Assembly (NCBI GenBank): GCA_047605005.1
Contig: JASGGN010000005.1
Location: forward strand, 13,295-77,294
From: Microbacterium sp.
GTDB lineage: Bacteria > Actinomycetota > Actinomycetes > Actinomycetales > Microbacteriaceae
Length of the DNA stretch: 64,000 bases
Direction: 5' to 3'
This document shows, one piece after another, positions 18,051 through 28,786 of this stretch. The position numbers were made by a program, and so were the translations under genes. Under the pieces are notes generated by a model. The model was not told the origin of the DNA, did no database searches, and saw only the letters and a list, made by a program, of their open reading frames with translations. How positions within the stretch are numbered: the first letter of the stretch is position 1; each line of letters starts with the position of its first letter.

Positions 18051-18626
18051 ATGCAGATCGAAGAGGCACAGGCTGATGTTCTCCGCATCTACCGCGGAGG
18101 GTTCTCCGGGCCTCTGGTTTCGGCACCCATCTGGTTCGCCGCTGCCGCCACCTACCAGTGGGCCTCACCTGGCGTGGCGATGACGGTGTTGTTCCTCGGG
18201 GGAATGCTGATCTTCCCGCTCTCCGCATTCGTGCTGAAGATCTTGGGCGGTCCCGCCTTGCTCCCCCAGGGACACCCCTTGGGGCCGCTCGGGTTCCAGA
18301 GCGCCGCCACCGTACCGCTGGGACTACTCGTCGCCATCGTGCTCGGCACACTGGAACCAACGCTGTTCTTCCCGGCAGCGCTCATCATCGTGGGCGCGCA
18401 CTACCTCACTTTCATCACCCTCTACGGAACATGGCTCTTTGGCGCTCTTGCTGGTGCCCTCGTCACCATCGGCGCAGTCGCACTGTTCGCACTGCCGGCC
18501 CTCCGCGAACCCAGCGGATGGATCGGCGCAGCGGTACTCCTGGCTTCCGCCATCCCGCTCTATCTCAACTACCGCGCCTCGCTCACCAAGGAGGCACATC
18601 CCCAAAAGCGTCGGCGACTTGCTTAA
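18051..18626 (+). CDS. Hypothetical membrane protein (DUF7010-like)
   Basis: Hydrophobic; FFPAALIIVGAHYL.F..LYG motif; lower GC than neighbours. Confidence 0.75.
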   Translation: MQIEEAQADVLRIYRGGFSGPLVSAPIWFAAAATYQWASPGVAMTVLFLGGMLIFPLSAFVLKILGGPALLPQGHPLGPLGFQSAATVPLGLLVAIVLGTLEPTLFFPAALIIVGAHYLTFITLYGTWLFGALAGALVTIGAVALFALPALREPSGWIGAAVLLASAIPLYLNYRASLTKEAHPQKRRRLA

Positions 18627-18939
18627 TAGTTCTCCGGCGGATAGTGCACTCCCACCGGTAAAGCTTGGCGTCAGCGGACCGTCCACGACCGGTCGTCGCC
18701 GCGCGTGAGCCGATCACCGACGAATCCTGATCTGGCACACCTCAGCCGTATCGCCGAATAGTCGGTCAACGACGGGCAGGCCGGCGCTCCCGGCGTTGTC
18801 TGCCGCGGTCACGACCGATCGCCCTCTTCAGTCGCGGCAAAGCGTGGGCCCCGGCCCACACCACCCACACAATGCCGCCACTGAACGCCAGGTGCGGCTG
18901 CTGCAGCGCGGATGCCTCACGGGTTCGAGAAACGCCGCA

Positions 18940-21900
18940 TCACTGAAAATCCCGCGAGCGGTGCCGCACCCCCACGCGCAGATCCTCGAACGCGTCGGCG
19001 AGCAGGTTCGTCACCCCCTCGGGCGAGCGTTCCAGCACGCCCCGCGCGATCAGCGCCGGCGCATCGCGCAGCACCCGCCGGTACCTGCTCCACACCCCCT
19101 TCGAGCAGATCACGTTGACCAGCCCGTGCTCGTCCTCGAGGTTCAGGAACGTGATGCCGGATGCCGTCCTCGGCCGCTGCCGGTGCGTGACGAGCCCCGC
19201 GATCTCGACCCGCCGCCCGACCTCGTGCGTGCGCAGCGCGCGCGAGGTGATCACCCCGCGCGCGTCCAGCTGCACCCGGAAGTGCCCGAGCGGGTGGTCG
19301 TCGGCCGAGATGCCCGTCGCCCACAGGTCGGCCGCGAGGATGTCGTAACTCGTCTGATCGGGAAACAGCGGGGGCTGCACCGACACGAGCGTCCCGGCGA
19401 GGAACTCGGGGCGGTCCCGTGCGGCGTCCCCCGCCAGCCAGATCCCCTCGCGGCGGCTGATGCCCATGCTCTCGAAAGCACCCGCCGTCGCGAGGGCCTC
19501 GACCTGCGCCTGGGTCGCCCCCGTGCGCCGCACGAGGTCGCGCAGGTCGTGGAAGGGCCCGTCGGACTCGCGCGCCGCGACGATGCGGGATGCCAGCGGC
19601 GCGCCCACCCCCGTGACGGATGCCAGCCCGAGCCGCACCGCGAACGCGCCGTCGCGCCGATGCGCGGCCGACTCGTCGGGGGCCTCGGGGTCGAAGCCGG
19701 GCACCGGGGGCTGGCGGCGAGCGGTGCAGGCGTCCCTGCCGGTGGGGGCCGCTGAGATCAGAGGGGCCACGTCGCCGGGCGGCTCCATCCCCTCCACAGC
19801 GGCATCCGCCCCCGACGCCTGGATGTCGGGACGACGCACCCGCACGCCGTGCCGGCGCGCGTCGGCGACGAGGGACGCCGGAGAGTAGAACCCCATCGGC
19901 TGCGCCCGCAGCAGCGCCGCGAGGAACGCCGCCGGGTAGTGCAGCTTGAGCCACGACGACGCGTACACGAGCAGCGCGAACGACAGCGAGTGGCTCTCGG
20001 CGAAGCCGAAGTTCGCGAACGCCTGGATCTTCGCGTAGATGTCGTCGGCGGCTTCTCCCACCAGCCCGTTGCGCGCCATCCCCTCGTACAGCTTCGCCCT
20101 GACCGACGCGATCCGCTCGATCCCGCGTTTTGACCCCATCGCGCGGCGGAGCACATCGGCATCCTCGCCCGTGAGATCTCCGACGGCCATGCCCATCTGC
20201 ATGAGCTGCTCCTGGAAGATGGGGATGCCGAGCGTCCGCTCCAGCACGGGCTTCAGCTTCGGGTGCGCGTACGTCACGTCCTCGCGTCCCAGCTTGCGCC
20301 GCACGTACGGGTGCACCGCACCGCCCTGGATCGGCCCGGGCCGGATGAGCGCGATCTCGATCACGAGGTCGTAGAACCTGCGCGGCTGCAGGCGCGGCAG
20401 CAGGCCCATCTGCGCGCGCGACTCCACCTGGAAGACCCCGATCGCATCGGCCCGGCACAGCATGTCGTAGACCGCTGCCTCCTCCTTCGGGATCGTCGCG
20501 AGCTCCCACCGCTCGCCCGTCGAGGCCGCGATCTCATCGAAGCAGTACTGGAGCGCGGCGAGCATCCCGAGCCCCAGCAGGTCGAACTTCACCAAGCCCA
20601 TCCACGCCGCATCGTCCTTGTCCCACTGGATGACGGTGCGGTCCACCATCCGCGCGTGCTCGATCGGCACCACCTCGCCGACGGGTCGCTCGGTCAGCAC
20701 CATGCCCCCGGAATGGATGCCGAGGTGTCGTGGCGCCTTCATGAGTGCACCGGCATATTCCAGCACCCGGGCGGGAATGTCGGACCCTGATCCGGACCCA
20801 GCCGGTGATCGAGTGCCCGTGCGCAGCACGGGTGTATCGAGATCGCCCACCTGCTTCGCCCAGGCATCCTGCTGCCCGGGCGAATGCCCGAGCGCCTTCG
20901 CCATGTCGCGCACGGCATTGCGCGGCCGGTACTGGATGACGTTCGCGACCTGCGCGGCCCGATCGCGCCCGTAGGTCTGGAAGACCCACTGGATGATCTC
21001 CTCGCGCCGGTCGGAGTCGAAGTCGACATCGATGTCGGGCTCTTCGTCGCGCATCGCCGACAGGAACCGCTCGAACGGCAGCCGGTAGAAGATCGAGTCG
21101 ACCGCCGTGATGCCGAGCAGGTAGCAGACGGCGCTGTTGGCGGCCGAGCCCCGCCCCTGGCACAGGATGCCGCGGCGCCGCGCCTCGGCGACGATCCCGT
21201 GCACGATGAGGAAATACCCCGGGAAGTCCTTCTGCTCGATCACCGCCAGCTCGCGCTCGATGCGCGCGCGCCCCTCGTCGTCGAGGTCGGGGTAGGCGCG
21301 CGGGACGGCCCCCCACACGAGCTCGCGCAGCCACGACATCGGCGTGTGCCCCTCGGGAACCGGCAGCTTCGGCAGGGCAGGCCTGGCACGCCGCAGGGGG
21401 AAGGCCAGCTCGTCGGCGAGGGTCACCGTCCGCGCGATCGCGCCGGGGTGCCGGCGGAACCGCCGCATCATCTCGGCCCCCGAGCGCAGGTGCGCGCTCG
21501 CGTGCGACGGCAGCCAGCCGTCGAGCTCGTCGAGCCCGCGGTTCGCCCGCACGGCGGCGACCGCCGCGGCCAGGTGCACGCGCTCGGGAACCGCGTAGTG
21601 CACGTTGTTCGTCGCGACGACGGGCAGGCCCCGCTCGACCGCGAGGGATGCCAGCAGGTCGTTGTCGCGTGTGTCGGTCGGGTTGCCGTGGTCGATGAGC
21701 TCGACGTTCACGGCATCCCGCCCGAACCGGGCGACGAGCTCATCGAGCGCGTCGCCCACCGCCCGCGCAGCTGCCGCACCGCCGTGAACACCACCGTGTG
21801 CGAGCGCCTGCCGCACGGCGCCCTTGCGGCATCCCGTGAGGATCGCCCAGTGCCCGTCGGCGCGCTGCGCGAGCTCGTCGAGGTCGTAGCGCGGGCGGCC

Positions 21901-22413
21901 CTTCTCGCCTCCTGCCAGCTGTGCGTGCGTGATCGCGGCGGCGAGCCGGTGGTAGCCCTCCTCGCCGCGCGCGAGCACGAGCAGGTGCGCGCCTGCGGGG
22001 TCGGCGGACCCGGAGCGCGATGGATCGGGTGAGAGCGACAGCTCGGCCCCGAAAACGGTCTTCACCTCCAGTTGCTCGGCCGCTTCGGCGAACCGCACGA
22101 TCCCGTAGAACCCGTCGTGGTCGGTCACGGCGAGCGCGTGCAGCCCGAGACGCTCGGCCTCCTCGGCCAGCTCGGCAGGAGACGAGGCGCCGTCGAGGAA
22201 CGAGAACGACGAATGCGCGTGCAGCTCCGCATACGGCACCGGGTTCTCGGGCCGCACGATGGGCGGCTTCTCGTACGCGCCCCGCTTGCGCGAGAAGGCC
22301 GGCCCGTCGCCGCCATCGGGTTCGTAGAGGGGTTCGGCAGCGCGCCCACTGGTCTGCCCACTGAGCAGGCGCTCCATCTCCGACCACGTCACAGAAGGAT
22401 TGTTGAAACCCAT
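18940..22413 (-). CDS. dnaE2: Error-prone DNA polymerase III alpha (DnaE2/ImuC)
   Basis: YAELHAHSSFSFLDG PHP domain, GRGSAANS, PDIDVDF, KFDLLGLG, C-terminal SRDFQ; start MGFNNP overlaps the imuB stop (TGATG). Confidence 0.96.
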   Translation of the reverse strand: MGFNNPSVTWSEMERLLSGQTSGRAAEPLYEPDGGDGPAFSRKRGAYEKPPIVRPENPVPYAELHAHSSFSFLDGASSPAELAEEAERLGLHALAVTDHDGFYGIVRFAEAAEQLEVKTVFGAELSLSPDPSRSGSADPAGAHLLVLARGEEGYHRLAAAITHAQLAGGEKGRPRYDLDELAQRADGHWAILTGCRKGAVRQALAHGGVHGGAAAARAVGDALDELVARFGRDAVNVELIDHGNPTDTRDNDLLASLAVERGLPVVATNNVHYAVPERVHLAAAVAAVRANRGLDELDGWLPSHASAHLRSGAEMMRRFRRHPGAIARTVTLADELAFPLRRARPALPKLPVPEGHTPMSWLRELVWGAVPRAYPDLDDEGRARIERELAVIEQKDFPGYFLIVHGIVAEARRRGILCQGRGSAANSAVCYLLGITAVDSIFYRLPFERFLSAMRDEEPDIDVDFDSDRREEIIQWVFQTYGRDRAAQVANVIQYRPRNAVRDMAKALGHSPGQQDAWAKQVGDLDTPVLRTGTRSPAGSGSGSDIPARVLEYAGALMKAPRHLGIHSGGMVLTERPVGEVVPIEHARMVDRTVIQWDKDDAAWMGLVKFDLLGLGMLAALQYCFDEIAASTGERWELATIPKEEAAVYDMLCRADAIGVFQVESRAQMGLLPRLQPRRFYDLVIEIALIRPGPIQGGAVHPYVRRKLGREDVTYAHPKLKPVLERTLGIPIFQEQLMQMGMAVGDLTGEDADVLRRAMGSKRGIERIASVRAKLYEGMARNGLVGEAADDIYAKIQAFANFGFAESHSLSFALLVYASSWLKLHYPAAFLAALLRAQPMGFYSPASLVADARRHGVRVRRPDIQASGADAAVEGMEPPGDVAPLISAAPTGRDACTARRQPPVPGFDPEAPDESAAHRRDGAFAVRLGLASVTGVGAPLASRIVAARESDGPFHDLRDLVRRTGATQAQVEALATAGAFESMGISRREGIWLAGDAARDRPEFLAGTLVSVQPPLFPDQTSYDILAADLWATGISADDHPLGHFRVQLDARGVITSRALRTHEVGRRVEIAGLVTHRQRPRTASGITFLNLEDEHGLVNVICSKGVWSRYRRVLRDAPALIARGVLERSPEGVTNLLADAFEDLRVGVRHRSRDFQ

Positions 22414-24038
22414 CAGTCGTACACCCCCTCGGCCTGCCAGACGCCCTCTTCGCACACGAGCAGCCACGCGGACTGCGCGGCGTCGACGACCTGAAAGCGA
22501 TGCGCGTGCCGTGCGCGCGAGGCATCCCACCCGCGCTCGACCACGGGCCACGGGCCGGCCCAGGTGCGAATGCGGGTGCGAATGCGGGTGCGGATGCCGT
22601 GGCGGCGCCCGCCCGCGGCGAGCGGGGGCTCCACCGGTCCCGCCGGCGCGGGCAGCGTGAGCCACACGGGCTCGGCCGTCGGCTCGCCCCGCGCATCGAC
22701 GGCCACCATGTCGCCGTCGCCGTCGAGCACCGCGACCGGCACGGCCGGGTCGAACACCGTCGCCGGCAGGGGACCCGGCAGGCTACCCGGCCACGGCCGG
22801 TCGGCATCCGCGACGGGGCCGGCATCGGTCGCCCCGGCCGACACGTCGCCCCACGGCACGAGCCGCTGCCGCTCGGCGAGCCACCGCCCGCCGCCGATCT
22901 CGGCAGTGAGCACCCCCTGATGCCCGAGCATCGCCTGCACCCGGGACAGGGCATGGTGCACCCGCTCCTCCGGCCCCGAGCCGAACAGCCGCGCGGTGTG
23001 GTGGGCTGCGGCGTCCACCCCCTCCGGCTCGAGCCGCACGGCCGCGACGGCACTGCGCAGTCCGTGCTCGGCGAGCTGCCAGCGCACCCGGTCGACGATC
23101 CCGGCCGCGTCGAACGCCCCCGGGTGCAGCCACACGCGATCGCTGCGGTCGCCGCGCTCCCCCCTCAGAGCGACCCGCAGCCCCGTGCAGACGAGGCCCT
23201 GTGCGCCCAGCCGTGCCACGAACTCCTCGGCCGGCACCCGCAGCCCGAACGCGACCTGGTCGGCGAGCACGACCGCCGGCTCGAAGACGACCTCGCGGTG
23301 CAGTTCGACAGGCGGTGTCCGCGCCGTCACGGGCCGCGGATCGGCGCCGGATGCCAGGGCGTGCAGTCGCGCACCCCGCGCTCCGAACCGCTCCGTGAGC
23401 CTGTCGGCGCCGAGGGCGGCCACCTGGCCGAGCGTCTGCAGCCCGAGCCGGGCGAACAGGCTGGAGAGCTGAGAGGTCTCGTCGTCGAGCGCTGCGACCG
23501 ACAGCGGCGCGAGGAACGCGGCCGCCTGCCCCGCGGGGACGATCCGCACGGGGTCGCCCGCCCGCGTGCCCGTGCGTGCCGCCTGCTCCGCCGTGAAGAC
23601 GCCGTCACCAGCCCCGACGCGCACGTCCGTCACCCCGAGCGCCGCCACCGCGCCGACGAGCACCGTCGCGGCCGCCGCCTCTCCCCCGTAGTAGCGGGCC
23701 GGGCCCTTGGCCGCCAGCGCGCACAGCCCCGGCTGCATCAGCTGCACGCCGGGAGCCGCCTCTTCGACGGCGGCGATCAGCGGCGCGAATGCGCGGTGGT
23801 CGCGCACCGGGTCGGACTCGACGACCTTCAGATGCGGGCAGCGTGCCTGCGCGTCGCGGCGGCGCTGCCCGCGACGCACCCCCTCTGCGCGCGCGGCCAC
23901 GGAGCACGCGAGCACCGTTCCGCCCCCCGCACCGCGGGCGAGCACCGCGAGGGGGGCGGATGCCTCGGGCCGCTCGTCGCCGTCGCGCATGAGGGCGACG
24001 ACCGGCCAGTCCGGCACCCAGAGCACGATGCTGCGCAT
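22413..24038 (-). CDS. imuB: ImuB, inactive Y-family polymerase homolog
   Basis: LWVPDWPV, AR..GVRRG.RRR.AQARCP, WAGPWPV.ERGW, EGVYD end; lies between imuA' and dnaE2. Confidence 0.9.
   Translation of the reverse strand: MRSIVLWVPDWPVVALMRDGDERPEASAPLAVLARGAGGGTVLACSVAARAEGVRRGQRRRDAQARCPHLKVVESDPVRDHRAFAPLIAAVEEAAPGVQLMQPGLCALAAKGPARYYGGEAAAATVLVGAVAALGVTDVRVGAGDGVFTAEQAARTGTRAGDPVRIVPAGQAAAFLAPLSVAALDDETSQLSSLFARLGLQTLGQVAALGADRLTERFGARGARLHALASGADPRPVTARTPPVELHREVVFEPAVVLADQVAFGLRVPAEEFVARLGAQGLVCTGLRVALRGERGDRSDRVWLHPGAFDAAGIVDRVRWQLAEHGLRSAVAAVRLEPEGVDAAAHHTARLFGSGPEERVHHALSRVQAMLGHQGVLTAEIGGGRWLAERQRLVPWGDVSAGATDAGPVADADRPWPGSLPGPLPATVFDPAVPVAVLDGDGDMVAVDARGEPTAEPVWLTLPAPAGPVEPPLAAGGRRHGIRTRIRTRIRTWAGPWPVVERGWDASRARHAHRFQVVDAAQSAWLLVCEEGVWQAEGVYD
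22563..22598. repeat. In-frame 12-bp tandem repeat in imuB (GIRT-RIRT-RIRT)
   Basis: GGTGCGAATGCG x2 plus GGTGCGGATGCC. Confidence 0.85.
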
Positions 24039-24048
24039 AGCGCTACAT

Positions 24049-24064
24049 TAGAATATTTGTTCTA
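24049..24064. promoter_or_regulatory. LexA (SOS) box upstream of imuB
   Basis: TAGAAT-ATTT-GTTCTA against actinobacterial TCGAAC-N4-GTTCGA. Confidence 0.75.
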
Positions 24065-24099
24065 TATCTTCAAGGGGCAGCCCCCACCGGAGCGAGCGA

Positions 24100-24789
24100 C
24101 TACCCGACGGCGCGCAGGGGCGCGGCATCCCGCAGCGCGCCCGAGACCCCGCCCGTGGCATCCGGCAGCAGCACACGGCACGTCCGCGACGCGGGAAAGC
24201 GGCGACCGGTCGCCGCAACGGTCACCGCGCGCCCCTCGAGCAGCCCGAACCCCGCCCCCAGCCCCGACCACACCGGATCGCCGACGTCGATCACCGCCTC
24301 GACCCGCGGCCACGGCCCCTGCGCGAGGAGCACCGACTCGCGCTCACGCAGGCGAGCGGCCAGACGTGTGATCTCGGCATCCTTCGCGCGCGCGGGCGGG
24401 CGCACTGCGACGACGGACAGCACGTCGGCGAGGGCCGCCGTCACGGTGAGCCAGCGATCGCCGGGGTCGGGCACCAGCACGAGCCGCGACAGGTCGACCC
24501 CCGCGGCCCGGGCCGCCTCCGCGCCCAGGTGCGGCACCCCCACGACGGCACACCAGGCGCCCGCCTGCGAGGGCCGAGCCAACAGTGCGAACAGGAGCGA
24601 GGTCGACCGCCCCAGGGAGTACGCCGCGCCCGGGCGCAGCCCCCCGCCGGGCAACAGCTCGGCGAGCGCCCGCGGCGCCGGCAGCACGGGCGTCTCGAGG
24701 CGGCTCCCCTGCATCCGCTCCACCTGCGCGCGCAGGGCACCGACGGCTCCCGCGACATCCGCCGCGGCGTCTCCCCCGATCGTCCTCAT
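24100..24789 (-). CDS. imuA: ImuA'-like RecA-fold accessory protein
   Basis: LAELLPGGGLRPG, WCAVVG.P.LG.EAA..GVDLSRLVLVP.PG; first gene of the cassette. Confidence 0.82.
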   Translation of the reverse strand: MRTIGGDAAADVAGAVGALRAQVERMQGSRLETPVLPAPRALAELLPGGGLRPGAAYSLGRSTSLLFALLARPSQAGAWCAVVGVPHLGAEAARAAGVDLSRLVLVPDPGDRWLTVTAALADVLSVVAVRPPARAKDAEITRLAARLRERESVLLAQGPWPRVEAVIDVGDPVWSGLGAGFGLLEGRAVTVAATGRRFPASRTCRVLLPDATGGVSGALRDAAPLRAVG

Positions 24790-24799
24790 CCCACCAGAC

Positions 24800-24815
24800 T
24801 AGAACATCTATTCGA
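24800..24815. promoter_or_regulatory. LexA (SOS) box upstream of imuA'
   Basis: TAGAAC-ATCT-ATTCGA. Confidence 0.75.
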
Positions 24816-24842
24816 GATTCTCACCCGGTGAGATCGCGAGAT

Positions 24843-25340
24843 TCAGGCGGCGAGCGAGAGATAGGGCTCCCACGCGGGCTCAGAACGCTCGGTGCCCCGC
24901 ACCGTCCACTGCGTGCCGCGCGGCGCCTGCGGCACCCAGCGCAGTTCCCAGCCCATCTCCTGCGGCGTGCGGTCGCCCTTCTGGTTGTTGCAGCGCAGGC
25001 AGCAGGCCACGAGGTTCTCCCACGAGTCGGCGCCGCCGCGGGAGCGCGGCAGCACGTGATCGATCGTGGTCGCCCCTTTGCCACAGTACGCGCAGCGATG
25101 CGCGTCGCGTCGCAGCACGCCACGGCGGGTGACCGGCACCCGGCGCACCCCGGGAACGCGCACGTAGCGGGTGAGCACGATCACGGCGGGGCGATCGGTG
25201 ACGCCCCGAACGCCCCAGACCGGATTCTCCTCGATCCGCTCGATGACGGTGGCCTTCTCGTTCATCACGAGCACGAGGGCTCTTTTGAACGAGACCACGG
25301 CCAGCGGTTCGTATCCTGCGTTCAGTACCAGAGTGCGCAT
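24843..25340 (-). CDS. HNH endonuclease (conserved actinobacterial type)
   Basis: LVLNAGYEPL, RDAHRCAYCG..TTIDHVLPRSRGG..SWENLVACCLRCN..KG. Confidence 0.92.
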   Translation of the reverse strand: MRTLVLNAGYEPLAVVSFKRALVLVMNEKATVIERIEENPVWGVRGVTDRPAVIVLTRYVRVPGVRRVPVTRRGVLRRDAHRCAYCGKGATTIDHVLPRSRGGADSWENLVACCLRCNNQKGDRTPQEMGWELRWVPQAPRGTQWTVRGTERSEPAWEPYLSLAA

Positions 25341-25423
25341 GCGATCTCCTCTCGAACGGCCGTGACGGCTTCAGCGGCCTCTCGGTGTGCGCTCACGCGA
25401 GCCGCGAGGAATGTGTGGGCATG

Positions 25424-25455
25424 AAAAAAGGCGCTGCCATCATGACAGCGCCTTT
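25424..25455 (-). terminator. Intrinsic terminator/attenuator upstream of the HNH gene
   Basis: AAAGGCGCTGTCA-TGA-TGGCAGCGCC-TTTTTT hairpin with U-tract. Confidence 0.8.
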
Positions 25456-25568
25456 CCGGCACGGCGGATGCCGCGGCAGTCGTGCACACGATGCCGAAGG
25501 ACATAGCGGCCGGAGGCATTCCGGCAGAGGGCATCCATGGTGCGGATGCGGTCTCCTGCGATGTCCAT
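25440..25568 (-). CDS. Putative 42-aa leader peptide (uORF)
   Basis: GGGGGAG RBS, MDIAGDRIRTMDALCRNASGRYVLRHRVHDCRGIRRAGKALS*, stop codon in the terminator loop. Confidence 0.45.
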   Translation of the reverse strand: MDIAGDRIRTMDALCRNASGRYVLRHRVHDCRGIRRAGKALS

Positions 25569-25703
25569 CGACTCCCCCTCGGCTTCTGCGAGCGTCGGGA
25601 TCAGGGTAATACAGTCCGAGGCCTCCGGATGACCATCCGCGGGTGCGGGTCGGCGTGTCTGGAATGACGGATGCCAGGGCGCCACGACGAACCCGCGCCG
25701 CGG

Positions 25704-26597
25704 TCAGGAGACGTTGGCCACCAGCCAGCTCTCCGCGTCGACCCACGAGCCGTTGACGTAGATCTCCAGGTGCAGATGCGTGCCGTACGCGAGACCGGTG
25801 TCGCCGACCTCGCCGATCAGCTGACCCGCCGTGACGGTGTCGCCGACGTTCACGCGACGCGTTCCGTAGGTCATGTGGGCGTACAGCGACGTGACGACCT
25901 GCCCGTTGATGGTGTGGGCGATCTTGACGTAGACGCCCCAGCCCACCCCGCTCTCGGACGACTCGACGACCACGCCGTCGGCGATCGCATAGATCGGGGT
26001 GTAGCGGTCGGCCATGTAGTCGGTGCCCTTGTGGCCCGCGTACGGGGTGCCGAAGCTGTTGAACGAGGTGAGCGGGCGCACGACCGAGCCGGCCGTCGCG
26101 ATCGACTCGGCGACCGCCGTCGTCGAGGTCGTGGTCGTGGTGCTGGCGGCTGCCGCCGCGATACGCGCCGCTGCGGCAGCCGCCGCAGCCTCTTCGTCCT
26201 TCGCCGCCTGGATCTCTTCGAGCGTCGTGGCGCTGTATCCGCCACGGCCGAGATCGGTCGTGGTGTCCTCGGAGGCAACGACGAGCGACTGCGCGTTCTC
26301 CGCGGCGACCTGCTGCAGCGTCGTCACAGCGGCCTCGGCCGACGCACCACCGGCGGCCGAGAAGGCGGCGGGCAGGGCGACCGTGGCGATAAGGCCCACG
26401 ACAGCGGCGACGGTCAAGACGCTGCGGACGGGATGCGATGCCCCGGCCGCACGACGCCGGGCGCGTCGGGAACGGGCGAGGCCCTTTTCGCTCGCAGCGA
26501 GGGTGCCACCGCCGGAGCGGGGCATCGTCTCCCGCAGAGCGGGCGTCGTCGAGGACGACTCAGAGATCTCCTGCGACGGATCGAGCTGTTCAGCCAA
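25704..26597 (-). CDS. M23-family metallopeptidase (peptidoglycan endopeptidase)
   Basis: TM anchor, Ala/Thr linker, HKGTD and HLH zinc motifs; TTG start after GGAGGA. Confidence 0.9.
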   Translation of the reverse strand: MAEQLDPSQEISESSSTTPALRETMPRSGGGTLAASEKGLARSRRARRRAAGASHPVRSVLTVAAVVGLIATVALPAAFSAAGGASAEAAVTTLQQVAAENAQSLVVASEDTTTDLGRGGYSATTLEEIQAAKDEEAAAAAAAARIAAAAASTTTTTSTTAVAESIATAGSVVRPLTSFNSFGTPYAGHKGTDYMADRYTPIYAIADGVVVESSESGVGWGVYVKIAHTINGQVVTSLYAHMTYGTRRVNVGDTVTAGQLIGEVGDTGLAYGTHLHLEIYVNGSWVDAESWLVANVS

Positions 26598-26774
26598 AGG
26601 GTCCTCCGGCGCCTCTGCGTGCACTCCGCTGACGGAGGATCGCTGGTTCGTCGGCACTCGGTGTCGGGGCACAGATGTACGGGCTTCACCGCGCGAACGA
26701 CGAACCGATGAGGCAATCCGTGCGGAGATCCGTGGCGGGCTTGAAGCCAATGGACGTCTCGAGGCTACCCGAAG

Positions 26775-28752
<1,978 letters not shown>

Positions 28753-28786
28753 TCCGCCAGAGGGAGAGTTGAAAGGACCCCGCCTC

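Noticed and set aside
135-18700. tRNA-anchored integrative island or prophage
   Set aside because: The accessory genes lie on the 5' side of the tRNA. I saw no integrase, duplicated tRNA 3' end or phage genes.
18627-18939. Intergenic stretch downstream of dnaE2
   Set aside because: No convincing ORF, repeat or RNA structure seen by eye.
22414-22665. N-terminal extension of DnaE2 in the ORF track
   Set aside because: It overlaps imuB. MGFNNP at 22413 with TGATG coupling is the plausible start.
26598-26760. c-di-AMP (ydaO) riboswitch before the M23 peptidase
   Set aside because: The consensus elements are not recognisable; kept only as an unassigned structured leader.
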